Part shown: positions 16,570-25,463 of the stretch, in pieces | Numbering within the stretch: position 1 is the stretch's first letter | Layout: every line of letters begins with the position of its first letter | Origin: Methanomicrobia archaeon LH_S14 | Lineage (GTDB): Archaea; Halobacteriota; Syntropharchaeia; Alkanophagales; Methanospirareceae | DNA length: 32,000 nt | Direction of reading: 5' to 3' | NCBI GenBank assembly: GCA_023659775.1 | Contig: JAGXOS010000005.1 | Location: 1 to 32,000, forward strand | Position numbers and translations under genes: made by a program | Notes under the pieces: generated by a model | What the model saw: the letters and a program-made list of their open reading frames with translations, nothing else | Databases searched by the model: none | What the model was told of the DNA's origin: nothing

Positions 16570-17652
16570 ATGATAAGACGCGCGACTTTATCGCTTAACG
16601 AAGCGACAGGGGAGAAGAAGGTAGCGATAGATTTATTGATACAACAGTATCTTATCTTCCTGCAAAAGGTTATTAACACGCTCTGGAATCATAAACTCTT
16701 CTTTGGTACGTTTGTTCCCAAGAAATGGTATAAAGAGATAAAAAGCTCTTTAACAGAACGATACAAGCAATGTGCAGCAAAGCAAGCCTTAGCTATTGTT
16801 AAATCGCAGCGAAAGCGAGAGAAGAAAACAAAGCCGATTATTCATAATGCCTCTATCGAATTAGATTCACGATTCGTTACGATAGAACAAGGGAAAAACA
16901 GTTTCGACCTGTGGATAAAACTCGCTGTCTTAGGTGGGGAACCAATATATATCCCTGCAAAGTGGCATTATCACTTCAACAAGTTCTTTAATAACTCCGA
17001 TTGGACCCCGAAGAAATCATGCAGGTTGCGAAGAACGGATAAAGGATTATTCTTAGATATATTCTTTGAGAAAGAAGCGGAACAGATAAAAGAAGCGGGA
17101 GGAGCTGTTGGGCTCGACTTGGGATTTCGTAAATTAGCCGTTCTGAGCGATGGGCAAATAGTAGGTAAAGAGCTAAATAAGGAAGAGATAACCCGATTAT
17201 ATAATCGAAAAAACAGTCATTTGGTTATTTCAGAACTTATAAACCGGGAATTGAAGAAGATAGATTTTAATAATATCAAAACGCTTGTGGTCGAAGATTT
17301 AAAGAACGTAAAGAAGGGAAAGGGAAGAAAAGCAAAGCCCGGGAAAAGATTCAGTCGTTACGCTAATCGGTTGCTTGCACATTGGGCTTACCATCGTGCT
17401 CTGACCAAACTGGAGATGCTCTGTGAAGAGAACCGTGTTCAAATCGCGGGTGTGAATCCAGGAGGGACGAGTAAAGCCTGCAACAAATGTGGAAGCAAAG
17501 GGATAAGACGGGATGAAAGATTCGTATGTCCCACATGTGGAAATAAGGACGATGCCGACCATAATGCCGCATGTAACATACGAGACCGCTTTATCTCTCA
17601 GGGAGTATATGGTCCCCTGCCTGAAAACCACTTAGATGTTCCCTCTGGTTAG
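16570..17652 (+). CDS. tnpB: TnpB (IS200/IS605-family OrfB) RNA-guided nuclease-like protein; no tnpA nearby
   Basis: All three RuvC motifs are present: GLDLGFRKLAV (D), TLVVEDLKNV (E) and DADHNAACNI (D). The zinc finger is CNKCG...CPTCG. It starts 25 nt after the MNT stop. Confidence 0.85.
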   Translation: MIRRATLSLNEATGEKKVAIDLLIQQYLIFLQKVINTLWNHKLFFGTFVPKKWYKEIKSSLTERYKQCAAKQALAIVKSQRKREKKTKPIIHNASIELDSRFVTIEQGKNSFDLWIKLAVLGGEPIYIPAKWHYHFNKFFNNSDWTPKKSCRLRRTDKGLFLDIFFEKEAEQIKEAGGAVGLDLGFRKLAVLSDGQIVGKELNKEEITRLYNRKNSHLVISELINRELKKIDFNNIKTLVVEDLKNVKKGKGRKAKPGKRFSRYANRLLAHWAYHRALTKLEMLCEENRVQIAGVNPGGTSKACNKCGSKGIRRDERFVCPTCGNKDDADHNAACNIRDRFISQGVYGPLPENHLDVPSG

Positions 17653-17790
17653 GATGGAATATTTTTCTATATAAGTGGTAACTATAACAGCCGCCCTTAT
17701 CTTTGACTTGACTTCTGCCATGCTTATTCCACAAACTTTAAGAAAAGTTTGACCAACAACCTTTAGGAAAGTTTGATCAAAATCTTCTCA
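17560..17790 (+). ncRNA. candidate TnpB omega/reRNA and right-end region (position-based guess)
   Basis: In characterised TnpB systems the guide RNA scaffold spans the tnpB 3' end and the downstream transposon right end. Hairpins occur here at 17732-17751 and 17757-17775. The boundaries are unknown. Confidence 0.2.
17731..17783. repeat. two tandem palindromic units related to 11821-11852
   Basis: Unit a is CAAACTTT-AAGA-AAAGTTTG (17732-17751) followed by ACCAA. Unit b is CAACCTTT-AGG-AAAGTTTG (17757-17775) followed by ATCAAAA. The palindrome TTTGATCAAA sits at 17772-17781, 37 nt upstream of the cas8 TATA box. Confidence 0.6.
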
Positions 17791-17817
17791 GTCACTTAAA
17801 AAAGTTAGGGGGAAAGT

Positions 17818-17825
17818 TTTATATA
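17818..17825 (+). promoter_or_regulatory. TATA box (with purine-rich BRE GGGGGAAAG) for the cas8-cas7-cas5 operon
   Basis: GGAAAGTTTTATATAGG lies about 30 nt upstream of ATG 17855, implying a near-leaderless transcript. Confidence 0.55.
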
Positions 17826-17854
17826 GGGACATGAAAAATAGGTGTGTAAGATGA

Positions 17855-19420
17855 ATGAAGAGGCTAAGGGGGAAGGGGGTTAAAATAGAAATCCCGATTT
17901 ATAATGATGTTTGGATGGATAATGGGGTTGAAACATTTTATCACATTTTGAAAGAGGCGCAGAACAATAGTTTTAATGTAAATATTAACGCTGATTCTCT
18001 GCTACTAAATGTGACTGATTTCGATAAATTCCAAGAATCTATTGGTGTTGCAGTGAAGAACAGACGCTCAAATCTCATCGTGATTGCTGAGGACAAGAAG
18101 ACTGGTGAAACGAAACAGATAAAGAAGGATTATATCCTTATCCAAGAAGGGACGAAGGTCAAAGGAGAAGTAGCGTTTAAAGAGGGATTATACAATGAAA
18201 AAACTGCCGTTGACACCGTTAAAAAAGTATTTGACTTGATTGCCGAAGAAGGGACGCGCAATTGCATTATTTGTGGGAAACAGTTTTCCAAGCCTGTGAA
18301 GAAACTCCAGCAAGCTGCCTACCCATCTGTCACAAAGATTAAAAGCCTTAGTGGGGTAAGAAGTTACAAGGATGGTGAAGTCTACTCTTTTAAAGAATAC
18401 TTTGAGGACTTTTGTCCTACTTGCTATCTAATAGGGCTCTCTGAGTGGTCTGACGATGGAATAATTTATCGCACAATCCCTGGTGAAAGGTCCACCTTGT
18501 TTTTACCCAAGCTTAACAGCTTAGAGGAGTTGGCAAAATTCAAAGAATCATATCGCCCTCTTCTAAATAAGAGTTCTCGGTATCGCAACATACGGGTTAA
18601 GGAAGGCAGCGAAGAAACAGAAAATCCATCTGGATCTTTTAGCACTTTGATTTGCTTCTATGAGAAATTTTTCTTCGGTGTTGACAGAAACGAGGTAATT
18701 AAAAAATCTTGGGTAATGATGGAAGTGCCATTCGGTGCTGTTAAGAATATCAAGCTCAGCGTTATAGACCTTGCAGAATCTACTTTGCGAGTTATCAAAG
18801 AACTTTCCAATGAGGAAATAAGCATCTATAAAGAGATAATCGAGGAGATTTTCTTCTTTTACGACAATCCGAAAGGTGCTCCTGTGGACTGGAATCTAAC
18901 CGGGGAAATTAGAGAAAAACTCTCCGAAGCTATCCTGAAAGACGATTTCCGTTCCTTTGCAAGAAACATTCTTCCGAGGAAGGGCGGCCGAGTAGGCTAC
19001 TCAAAGGATACAAGACTTAATATAGAGGAGTTAATATATATTTGGAGGTTGAAAAATATGGGGCTGAATGAAGAAAAGTTAAAGACTATTAGGTCTGCGG
19101 GTAGAACAATTGCAGCGGCTTCTAAAGACCATCGAAACCTTTTATACAATTTGGATAAAGCGAAAGATAAATCAGCTTTGTTGAATGCTTTGCGACAGGT
19201 TAGCCGGAGAATAGCAGGATTGAAAGCAGAAGAGAAAGAGAAATTTAAGGGATTTATTTACCCTCCCGCTCTAGAGGACATTGTTTCATTGTTAGAAGAG
19301 CATGACACTGATAGCAAGTTCATTGAGGACATAAAAAATATTTTGGTAGTCTTTTCCTGTGTTGAATTTTCAAGATTAGACTACTTCAGAGAAAAAAAGG
19401 AAGGTGAGGCGAATGAATGA
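17855..19420 (+). CDS. cas8b: Cas8 large subunit of the Cst1 / CXXC-CXXC type (type I-B)
   Basis: It has CIICGK...CPTC zinc-finger-like pairs. Position (cas6 ... cas8-cas7-cas5-cas3) and size (521 aa) fit. Confidence 0.7.
   Translation: MKRLRGKGVKIEIPIYNDVWMDNGVETFYHILKEAQNNSFNVNINADSLLLNVTDFDKFQESIGVAVKNRRSNLIVIAEDKKTGETKQIKKDYILIQEGTKVKGEVAFKEGLYNEKTAVDTVKKVFDLIAEEGTRNCIICGKQFSKPVKKLQQAAYPSVTKIKSLSGVRSYKDGEVYSFKEYFEDFCPTCYLIGLSEWSDDGIIYRTIPGERSTLFLPKLNSLEELAKFKESYRPLLNKSSRYRNIRVKEGSEETENPSGSFSTLICFYEKFFFGVDRNEVIKKSWVMMEVPFGAVKNIKLSVIDLAESTLRVIKELSNEEISIYKEIIEEIFFFYDNPKGAPVDWNLTGEIREKLSEAILKDDFRSFARNILPRKGGRVGYSKDTRLNIEELIYIWRLKNMGLNEEKLKTIRSAGRTIAAASKDHRNLLYNLDKAKDKSALLNALRQVSRRIAGLKAEEKEKFKGFIYPPALEDIVSLLEEHDTDSKFIEDIKNILVVFSCVEFSRLDYFREKKEGEANE
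19058..19420 (+). CDS. cas11: candidate internally translated Cas11 small subunit (in frame within the cas8 3' end)
   Basis: In-frame ATG 19058 is preceded by GGAGGT (19044-19049) at 8-nt spacing. The 120-aa product reads as helix-rich by composition ([32 protein letters not shown]...). Confidence 0.35.
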   Translation: MGLNEEKLKTIRSAGRTIAAASKDHRNLLYNLDKAKDKSALLNALRQVSRRIAGLKAEEKEKFKGFIYPPALEDIVSLLEEHDTDSKFIEDIKNILVVFSCVEFSRLDYFREKKEGEANE

Positions 19421-20336
19421 ATTGAAAGGACTGAACATTGTGTGGCTTTCTGAAACAGACCTAACGAACCTGAATGCGGGAGAAGGCGAGAGCAATTACA
19501 TAGATGTGAAGAAGTTCAAGAGAGACGGTATCGAATATCCCTATGTAAGCGGGCAGGCAATGAGGTTTTACCTCAAGGAGGCGATGAGAAGGAGCTTGGA
19601 AGATAAAGAGTACATGTGCATCCCTAATGACAAGGGAGAAACCTGTGGAGATATTAAAAAATGCATCATGTGCGACCTTTTTGGGTTCATGACAACCGTC
19701 AAAGGAAAAGGTGCTGTAACGAGGGTCTCTCCCGTGAAGGTCTCGCCAGCAATCGGGATGTTACCTTTTGATGAAAATGCAGCAAGTGGCGGCGCGGATT
19801 TTCTTACAAGACGCCACAGAGTTTCAGAAGGCACAAAGATGGAGGGCGATATTGTTAACGTCGAAATTGGTACAAATATCTACAAGGGCGGAGTCTCTAT
19901 CGATATGGTGCGCGTTGGCAGCAATGAAAAAATAGACGAAGAGAGAAGAGCTGTCTCTATAGAAAATGTTGTAGACGTTTCCGAGAAAAAGAAGCGTGTG
20001 AAAAAAATGCTCGAAGCGCTTAGATATCTCACAGATTATTCAAAGCAAGCGCGGCTATTAACAGACTTTTCACCCGATGTGATTGCTATTTCGTTACAGA
20101 ACAAATATGCCCATAGACTCCAGAAACTTTTTGAACTTTATGATGGAAGAGAAGTGAATATCCAGCGGTTGAACGAGATACTGGACGACGTCTCTGACTA
20201 CAGTGATAAAATACTATTCGGTATGGTTTCGGGCATAGTTAAAAACGAAACTGAAGTGAAAAAAGCTGTTGAAGCAAAAGGTATCAGTGTAAAAACACCA
20301 AGCAAAGTGCTTAATGAGGCGATGGAGTTGGTATGA
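19413..20336 (+). CDS. cas7: Cas7 backbone subunit (Cst2/DevR type)
   Basis: [34 protein letters not shown]...[18 protein letters not shown]. The ATG overlaps the cas8 stop (ATGAATGA). The track start GTG 19404 is also possible. Confidence 0.85.
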   Translation: MNELKGLNIVWLSETDLTNLNAGEGESNYIDVKKFKRDGIEYPYVSGQAMRFYLKEAMRRSLEDKEYMCIPNDKGETCGDIKKCIMCDLFGFMTTVKGKGAVTRVSPVKVSPAIGMLPFDENAASGGADFLTRRHRVSEGTKMEGDIVNVEIGTNIYKGGVSIDMVRVGSNEKIDEERRAVSIENVVDVSEKKKRVKKMLEALRYLTDYSKQARLLTDFSPDVIAISLQNKYAHRLQKLFELYDGREVNIQRLNEILDDVSDYSDKILFGMVSGIVKNETEVKKAVEAKGISVKTPSKVLNEAMELV

Positions 20337-20339
20337 TGA

Positions 20340-20996
20340 ATGTTCGGCTTCAAGTTTAGACTCGAAGGACTGTATTTCGCCACCTTTAGAAAACCGACCA
20401 CAACGAGCCTTATAATGAGTTATTCTATCCCACCCTATACTACCATCAGGGGAATGATAGCGAATGCTTTGGGGATGATGAGGGATGAGCTCTCGATTCA
20501 GGATTGGATCACGATTGGCATAAAGCCAATAACTTTTTCAAATAGATCGAGAGAGTTGACAAAGATGCTTAAACTCAAAGGTACTGGTGAAACACATCAA
20601 AGGGTTTTTCCATCCGCACCGATGTTCAAGGAATTCTTAGTTTCACCTACCTACGAGATATACATTGCGGGAGAAGATGATAAAATAAATCAGATATACA
20701 ATGCTCTCATCTATCCTGCAAGACCCCTTTACATTGGAGCTTCGGATGACCTTGTCAACATCGAACCGTCAAAACCCATCGAAATCAAAAAAAATAGCGC
20801 ACGAGAAATTTCAGGAGTAATCGAAGGAATTCACGAAAAATGCTTTATAGAAAAAATCCCTTATAAATTTAACAAAAAGGGCAATAATTTTTCGCTTGAA
20901 TATAAAACTGTGTCGATACCGAAGGATGTGATTATAACTCTGAAAGAAGAAGTTGGATGTTGGCAATTTGATGGTGAGAATATATGGCTGGCGTGA
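20340..20996 (+). CDS. cas5: Cas5 (Cas5t type)
   Basis: [41 protein letters not shown] is a typical Cas5 N-terminus. Confidence 0.8.
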   Translation: MFGFKFRLEGLYFATFRKPTTTSLIMSYSIPPYTTIRGMIANALGMMRDELSIQDWITIGIKPITFSNRSRELTKMLKLKGTGETHQRVFPSAPMFKEFLVSPTYEIYIAGEDDKINQIYNALIYPARPLYIGASDDLVNIEPSKPIEIKKNSAREISGVIEGIHEKCFIEKIPYKFNKKGNNFSLEYKTVSIPKDVIITLKEEVGCWQFDGENIWLA

Positions 20997-21295
20997 GAAA
21001 ACCTAAAGTTAGGAAAAGAGGTCCTAAAATTACCACTCCAAAAGAAATTTGTACAATAAAAGAATTCTTGGACGATATCGGCATAAATTACGATGGCTAT
21101 ATGGAATGGAATGATGGGAGTTGCACTTTTTTGATATCAAATTTGGAGGAAGAAGAGACTACTCTATTGGAGAAAGGATTAGGGCTTAAAAGCTTAGGTT
21201 ATAGCTTATTCTACTTGGAAACTAATGAAATAAACGTAAATGAGAAACTACAATATATAAAACCCGTTTTTACGAAAGAAGAAGTGAAGAAGTAG
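20984..21295 (+). CDS. hypothetical 103-aa protein (basic N-terminus, acidic body) inside the cas operon
   Basis: The start overlaps the cas5 stop by 13 nt on the same strand. [21 protein letters not shown] is followed by an acidic region. I recognise no family. Confidence 0.45.
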   Translation: MAGVRKPKVRKRGPKITTPKEICTIKEFLDDIGINYDGYMEWNDGSCTFLISNLEEEETTLLEKGLGLKSLGYSLFYLETNEINVNEKLQYIKPVFTKEEVKK

Positions 21296-21316
21296 CGTGA
21301 GACAATTAGTAAAATA

Positions 21317-21655
21317 ATGGAATTTGAAAGAAAATGTTCGAGTGAAGGGAAGAAATGTCCCTTTGAATCCTCAATCCTCCAAATCCCAATCGCTACCAAA
21401 TGGACTGGTAATATTACTACAAATCTAACAGAGTTCAAAGATTTTGTCACTGATTTAAATAGCTTCTTCATAGAAAGTCTGAAAAATAGCATAGAAGACA
21501 GGCACAAAGCGCATGATTTTTGGCAGACTATGTACGCAATTAGACACGGATATTCACACGATAAAACAAAATGGAGGGAAAAGGATAAAATGAAAATCGC
21601 TCAGAAAACAAAAGAATTTTTTTTTTCAGGAAGCCATCGGAAAAGACCAACCTAA
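21317..21655 (+). CDS. hypothetical 112-aa protein with R-x4-H (HEPN-like) motif inside the cas operon; C-terminus uncertain
   Basis: MYAIRHGYSHDK fits the Rx4-6H pattern with a polar residue after R. A T10 run lies at 21617-21626. With one T fewer the frame continues as QEAIGKDQPNTSVGFVTCQFKLLEICSDFLDLLGETNGETG* to 21749. Confidence 0.4.
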   Translation: MEFERKCSSEGKKCPFESSILQIPIATKWTGNITTNLTEFKDFVTDLNSFFIESLKNSIEDRHKAHDFWQTMYAIRHGYSHDKTKWREKDKMKIAQKTKEFFFSGSHRKRPT

Positions 21656-21726
21656 CACATCTGTCGGCTTTGTTACATGTCAATTTAAATTACTAGAAAT
21701 TTGTTCAGACTTTTTAGATCTTCTAG

Positions 21727-24312
21727 GTGAAACAAATGGAGAGACTGGCTAAACTTCAATGTACTTGTAGTAACTGTAATTTTACAGTAAGTACTTCTAT
21801 GAGGGAGTGCCCCAACTGCCGGATGCAATTAACTTGGGAAAAAAATAATAAATACTTCCAAACACTCAGAGGGCACACCATCGATGCGCTTAAAATTCTC
21901 AATGCGTACATAGAAACAAACTCTGATATAATCGAACAGTTCTGCAAGCGCTGGCGGTTGAATAAAGAATCCTTCTTGAGGTGCCTATTTATCACTGTTT
22001 ATCTCCACGACATCGGAAAATTAACCAAGCAGTTTCAAGAAAACATTGGAAATGGGAAGACTTCTCAGAGATACCCGCATGCTTTTTACGGTCAGTTTAT
22101 TTTAAACGAGATTGATTTTCCATGTTTACTTGACGCACCCATAGCACCCATAGAAAAGGCTGCAATAATGGGGCATCACACGCAGTTACACTCTCAACTA
22201 TATTCTGGATATGAAGATTTTAATAAGCCCTCATTCCTTGAAGCAGACATAAAAGCGTTTGTTAGAGACGCAAAAGACATTCACAGTGAACTCAGTTTTG
22301 ATAAGTGGTTCTCATTTGACGAGTTAAATATCAATTCATTGCCAGAATCAAGAAAATTCACTCTAACATTGCAAGGATACCGTAAAGACGTAATAAATGA
22401 GACTTCTTCATTTGAGGATAAAGAGAAGTTAAAATCGATTTTCTGTTATATTTTCTCAATCCTTGAAACCTGTGATGATTATTCAAGTGCCGAGTTTTCA
22501 CAATTTATAAAGGGCTACAACGGTAGCGATAGCGTATTTGATTCCGTTATGAAAGAGCCGACCAAATATGTCCCATGGCTCTCTATCGATAATCCGTATG
22601 AAACAATTCTGGGCGAGCATAGCCCCTATGATTACCAAAACGACAGTCCAGGAAAGCTCTGTGGCGATGTTCCATTTTACGGCTTACTTTTTGCGCCTTG
22701 CGGCAGAGGAAAGACAGAGGCAGCTCTTATCTGGGCCTTAAAAGCTATGAAAAGATACCAAAGAAATAAAATTATTTTTGCCATGCCTACCCAGATCACA
22801 AGCAATGCAATGTGGGAAAGATTTTGTGAATTGTTCGGTGATGGAGGTACAAAAGAGGAAAGAATAAAATCCGGGAAAAAGTATGTCGGGTTGTTCCATG
22901 GCAAGAGTTTCATAAAGTTGAAGGGAGAGAAAGAAAGAGAGAAAGAAAATGAAGAGGACTTAACCGATGAAGATTTGGATGAGGTCAGGGGCGAGGCTTT
23001 CAAAGGCAAGATATTCTTTAAACCAATCACTGTGACCACAATCGACCACCTGATATATTCTTTCATCCATGGATTCTCGCAGGCTGATTTTGCCCTAGGA
23101 AATCTACAGAATGCTGTTATGGTTTTCGATGAGGTACACTATTATGAAAAGCAAACTTTGGAGCACATAATGACGCTTTTAGGATTGCTTAAAGAGATGA
23201 AAATCCCCCACCTCCTTATGAGTGGCACACTACCCAAATTTTTTATTGAAAAAGTTAAAGAACTAAATAGCGAGTATCAATGCCCTTTTACGGACGACGA
23301 AGGGTTAAGGTTTGAGCCTTTTAAAATTGAACTTCTATCTAAGGAAAAGTTGGTAACGAAGGATTGGATTAACGAAAAAGTCTTAACGGAGATAGAGGAG
23401 AATTATCATAAAAGCAGGATTCAGTTCATTATATTGAATACTGTTGAAAGAAGTAAATTAATTTACGAAACTTTAATTAACCGTTTACCTCAATCAGAAG
23501 ATTCTCCAAGGATAATTCTTCATCATTCACAGTTTACCTATATAGATCGCGAAAAGAAAGAGAGAAACATTCTACATAGCCTAAAAGAAGAAGAGTTACG
23601 TCCATTTATCTTGGTGGCTACGCAAGTCATTGAGATAAGTCTTGATATATCATGTGATTTAATGTACACAGAGTTAGCGCCCGGAGATGCACTCGGACAG
23701 CGTGGCGGGAGACTCAACAGGAAAGGACGAACATGGACTTCAAATGGAGTTGAACATTTGATGAGGGTTTTTATGACGGAAGAACTCGATGACGCTGAAC
23801 CCAAAAATCGACCATACGATCCAAATCTACTTAAAAAGACGATCGGAGTTGTAAATGATATGCCTTATTCGTACATCGGGCTGAAAAATGTATGTGATGA
23901 AATATACTCTGATTATGAGTTAACTACACCGACCCCTTTGAAAAATGTATTTAACGAATGCTGCCTCTTTGGCAAATCTCCTTATGAAATAAACTTTGGT
24001 GACGAAGGAAAAGCTAGATCGATCGAAATCCGAAGTGAAAAGGTTCAGAAACTCGATGTGATACCTTGGAGTTACTATGCCAATGATGTGGGTGAACTGA
24101 AGGTCGAGAATCAAGCCAAAATCCCACTTTGGTGGTATAAACAAGATCAAAAAGAGCATGGGGGCGTGACAAGATGCTTTGAACTCGTTAATAAATCAAT
24201 TGGCTGGAAAGAAAGACCTTATTGGATCTGTAAAATACCTTATAATAAGGAGATAGGCTTCGATTATAAGCGAGTTGATGACTGCGATTTTTCTGATGAT
24301 AATATTATCTAA
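21727..24312 (+). CDS. cas3: Cas3 HD nuclease-helicase fusion with an extra N-terminal Cys4 zinc-ribbon-like motif
   Basis: The HD motif is YLHDIGK, Walker A is APCGRGKTEAAL and the DEAH-like box is FDEVHYY. The N-terminus has CTCSNC-x10-CPNC. The start is GTG 21727 or ATG 21736. Confidence 0.9.
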   Translation: MKQMERLAKLQCTCSNCNFTVSTSMRECPNCRMQLTWEKNNKYFQTLRGHTIDALKILNAYIETNSDIIEQFCKRWRLNKESFLRCLFITVYLHDIGKLTKQFQENIGNGKTSQRYPHAFYGQFILNEIDFPCLLDAPIAPIEKAAIMGHHTQLHSQLYSGYEDFNKPSFLEADIKAFVRDAKDIHSELSFDKWFSFDELNINSLPESRKFTLTLQGYRKDVINETSSFEDKEKLKSIFCYIFSILETCDDYSSAEFSQFIKGYNGSDSVFDSVMKEPTKYVPWLSIDNPYETILGEHSPYDYQNDSPGKLCGDVPFYGLLFAPCGRGKTEAALIWALKAMKRYQRNKIIFAMPTQITSNAMWERFCELFGDGGTKEERIKSGKKYVGLFHGKSFIKLKGEKEREKENEEDLTDEDLDEVRGEAFKGKIFFKPITVTTIDHLIYSFIHGFSQADFALGNLQNAVMVFDEVHYYEKQTLEHIMTLLGLLKEMKIPHLLMSGTLPKFFIEKVKELNSEYQCPFTDDEGLRFEPFKIELLSKEKLVTKDWINEKVLTEIEENYHKSRIQFIILNTVERSKLIYETLINRLPQSEDSPRIILHHSQFTYIDREKKERNILHSLKEEELRPFILVATQVIEISLDISCDLMYTELAPGDALGQRGGRLNRKGRTWTSNGVEHLMRVFMTEELDDAEPKNRPYDPNLLKKTIGVVNDMPYSYIGLKNVCDEIYSDYELTTPTPLKNVFNECCLFGKSPYEINFGDEGKARSIEIRSEKVQKLDVIPWSYYANDVGELKVENQAKIPLWWYKQDQKEHGGVTRCFELVNKSIGWKERPYWICKIPYNKEIGFDYKRVDDCDFSDDNII

Positions 24313-24474
24313 TAAAAACAACCCTCATCTCCAACTCTGCTAAGCACACTTTCATTATCCATGTGGAAATAATTTCGAAAGACAGAAGATGCATGAAAAG
24401 CTAAATGGATAAAAAGAAAATTGCAATTCACGAAAACCCTAAATATTAGTAAACCATACTGTACGAATAAAACA

Positions 24475-24870
24475 ATGATACTTCCAGACCTAAAAAAGGA
24501 TTTTGAATTCATAAGAGACGAAGTAGAAGGAGTACTCCTATTCGGCTCCGCGGTGAAAGGCAAGCTAACCACGAGGTCAGATATAGACATTGCGCTGGTC
24601 AGACCAAGCACCAGGCGCGTGCTTTTCAGGGTATTTGAACGAGTTGGCGGTAAATACGACACAAAAATATTCGAGGATTTACCACTGCACATAAAAATGG
24701 ATATTATTAAGAACCACATAATTATTTTTGGTGACGAAGTGGAACTCTCTTACTACTTTTACCGGTTCAGAAAGGAATGGAAAGATATGGAATATCGGGT
24801 TTTGAGCAACCAATTTAAAAGTGTAAAGGAAATGATAAACCAGAGGAGGGCATGGCTAAAAAATGAGTGA
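24475..24870 (+). CDS. minimal nucleotidyltransferase (MNT/MntA-like)
   Basis: LLFGSAVKGKLTTRSDIDIALV. The likely start is ATG 24475 rather than the track start 24421. Confidence 0.8.
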   Translation: MILPDLKKDFEFIRDEVEGVLLFGSAVKGKLTTRSDIDIALVRPSTRRVLFRVFERVGGKYDTKIFEDLPLHIKMDIIKNHIIIFGDEVELSYYFYRFRKEWKDMEYRVLSNQFKSVKEMINQRRAWLKNE

Positions 24871-25237
24871 AAGATACCTCAAGAAGATGGAGATACTGGA
24901 AAGGGAACTGGAATACATAAACAGCCACGAGATAACGGACGAAGTAACAGAACGAGCCGCTCTTTATTCTTTGCAGGTATGCATCGAGTCCGGAATGGAC
25001 ATCATAGCGATGAAAGTAAAAGATCTCGGATTAGTTGTAGACGATGACTACACGAACATAGAAAAATTAATCCGGGAGAGAGTTATCGCATTAAAAGAAG
25101 GAGAGCTATTGAAAGAGTTCGATGGTATCAGAAACGCAATTGTTCATAAGTACAACCAACTTGATATGGATATCATAAAGGAAGCTCTGGAAAAGATTGC
25201 CGAGTTTGCAGAAGTGATATTTAAAATTGCAGAATAA
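24863..25237 (+). CDS. DUF86/HepT-type HEPN protein
   Basis: GIRNAIVHKY is the RNxxxH(K)Y active-site motif. It overlaps the MNT gene by 8 nt. Confidence 0.85.
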   Translation: MSERYLKKMEILERELEYINSHEITDEVTERAALYSLQVCIESGMDIIAMKVKDLGLVVDDDYTNIEKLIRERVIALKEGELLKEFDGIRNAIVHKYNQLDMDIIKEALEKIAEFAEVIFKIAE

Positions 25238-25244
25238 ATAAGAA

Positions 25245-25463
25245 ATGGATGTTGAAACCGACACCGGCGCACTATTGAGCAAAGAAATGTTCGTCAGCGG
25301 CACGCAAGTGAACTATTTTATAATATGCAAGACGAAATTATGGCTGTTCTCGCATTTCGTTACCATGGAACAGAGTTCCGACCTCGTCTCGTATGGCAAA
25401 CTCGTGCACGAAACGTCATACGGCGAAAAGAAGAAGGAAATTGTTATTGACGACCGAATATAG
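25245..25463 (+). pseudogene. cas4: Cas4 N-terminal fragment (~72 aa)
   Basis: VSGTQVNYFIICKTKLWLFSHFVTMEQSSDLVSYGKLVHETSY matches the Cas4 N-terminal region. The RecB-nuclease core and C-terminal Cys cluster are missing. It stops at 25461-25463. Confidence 0.65.
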
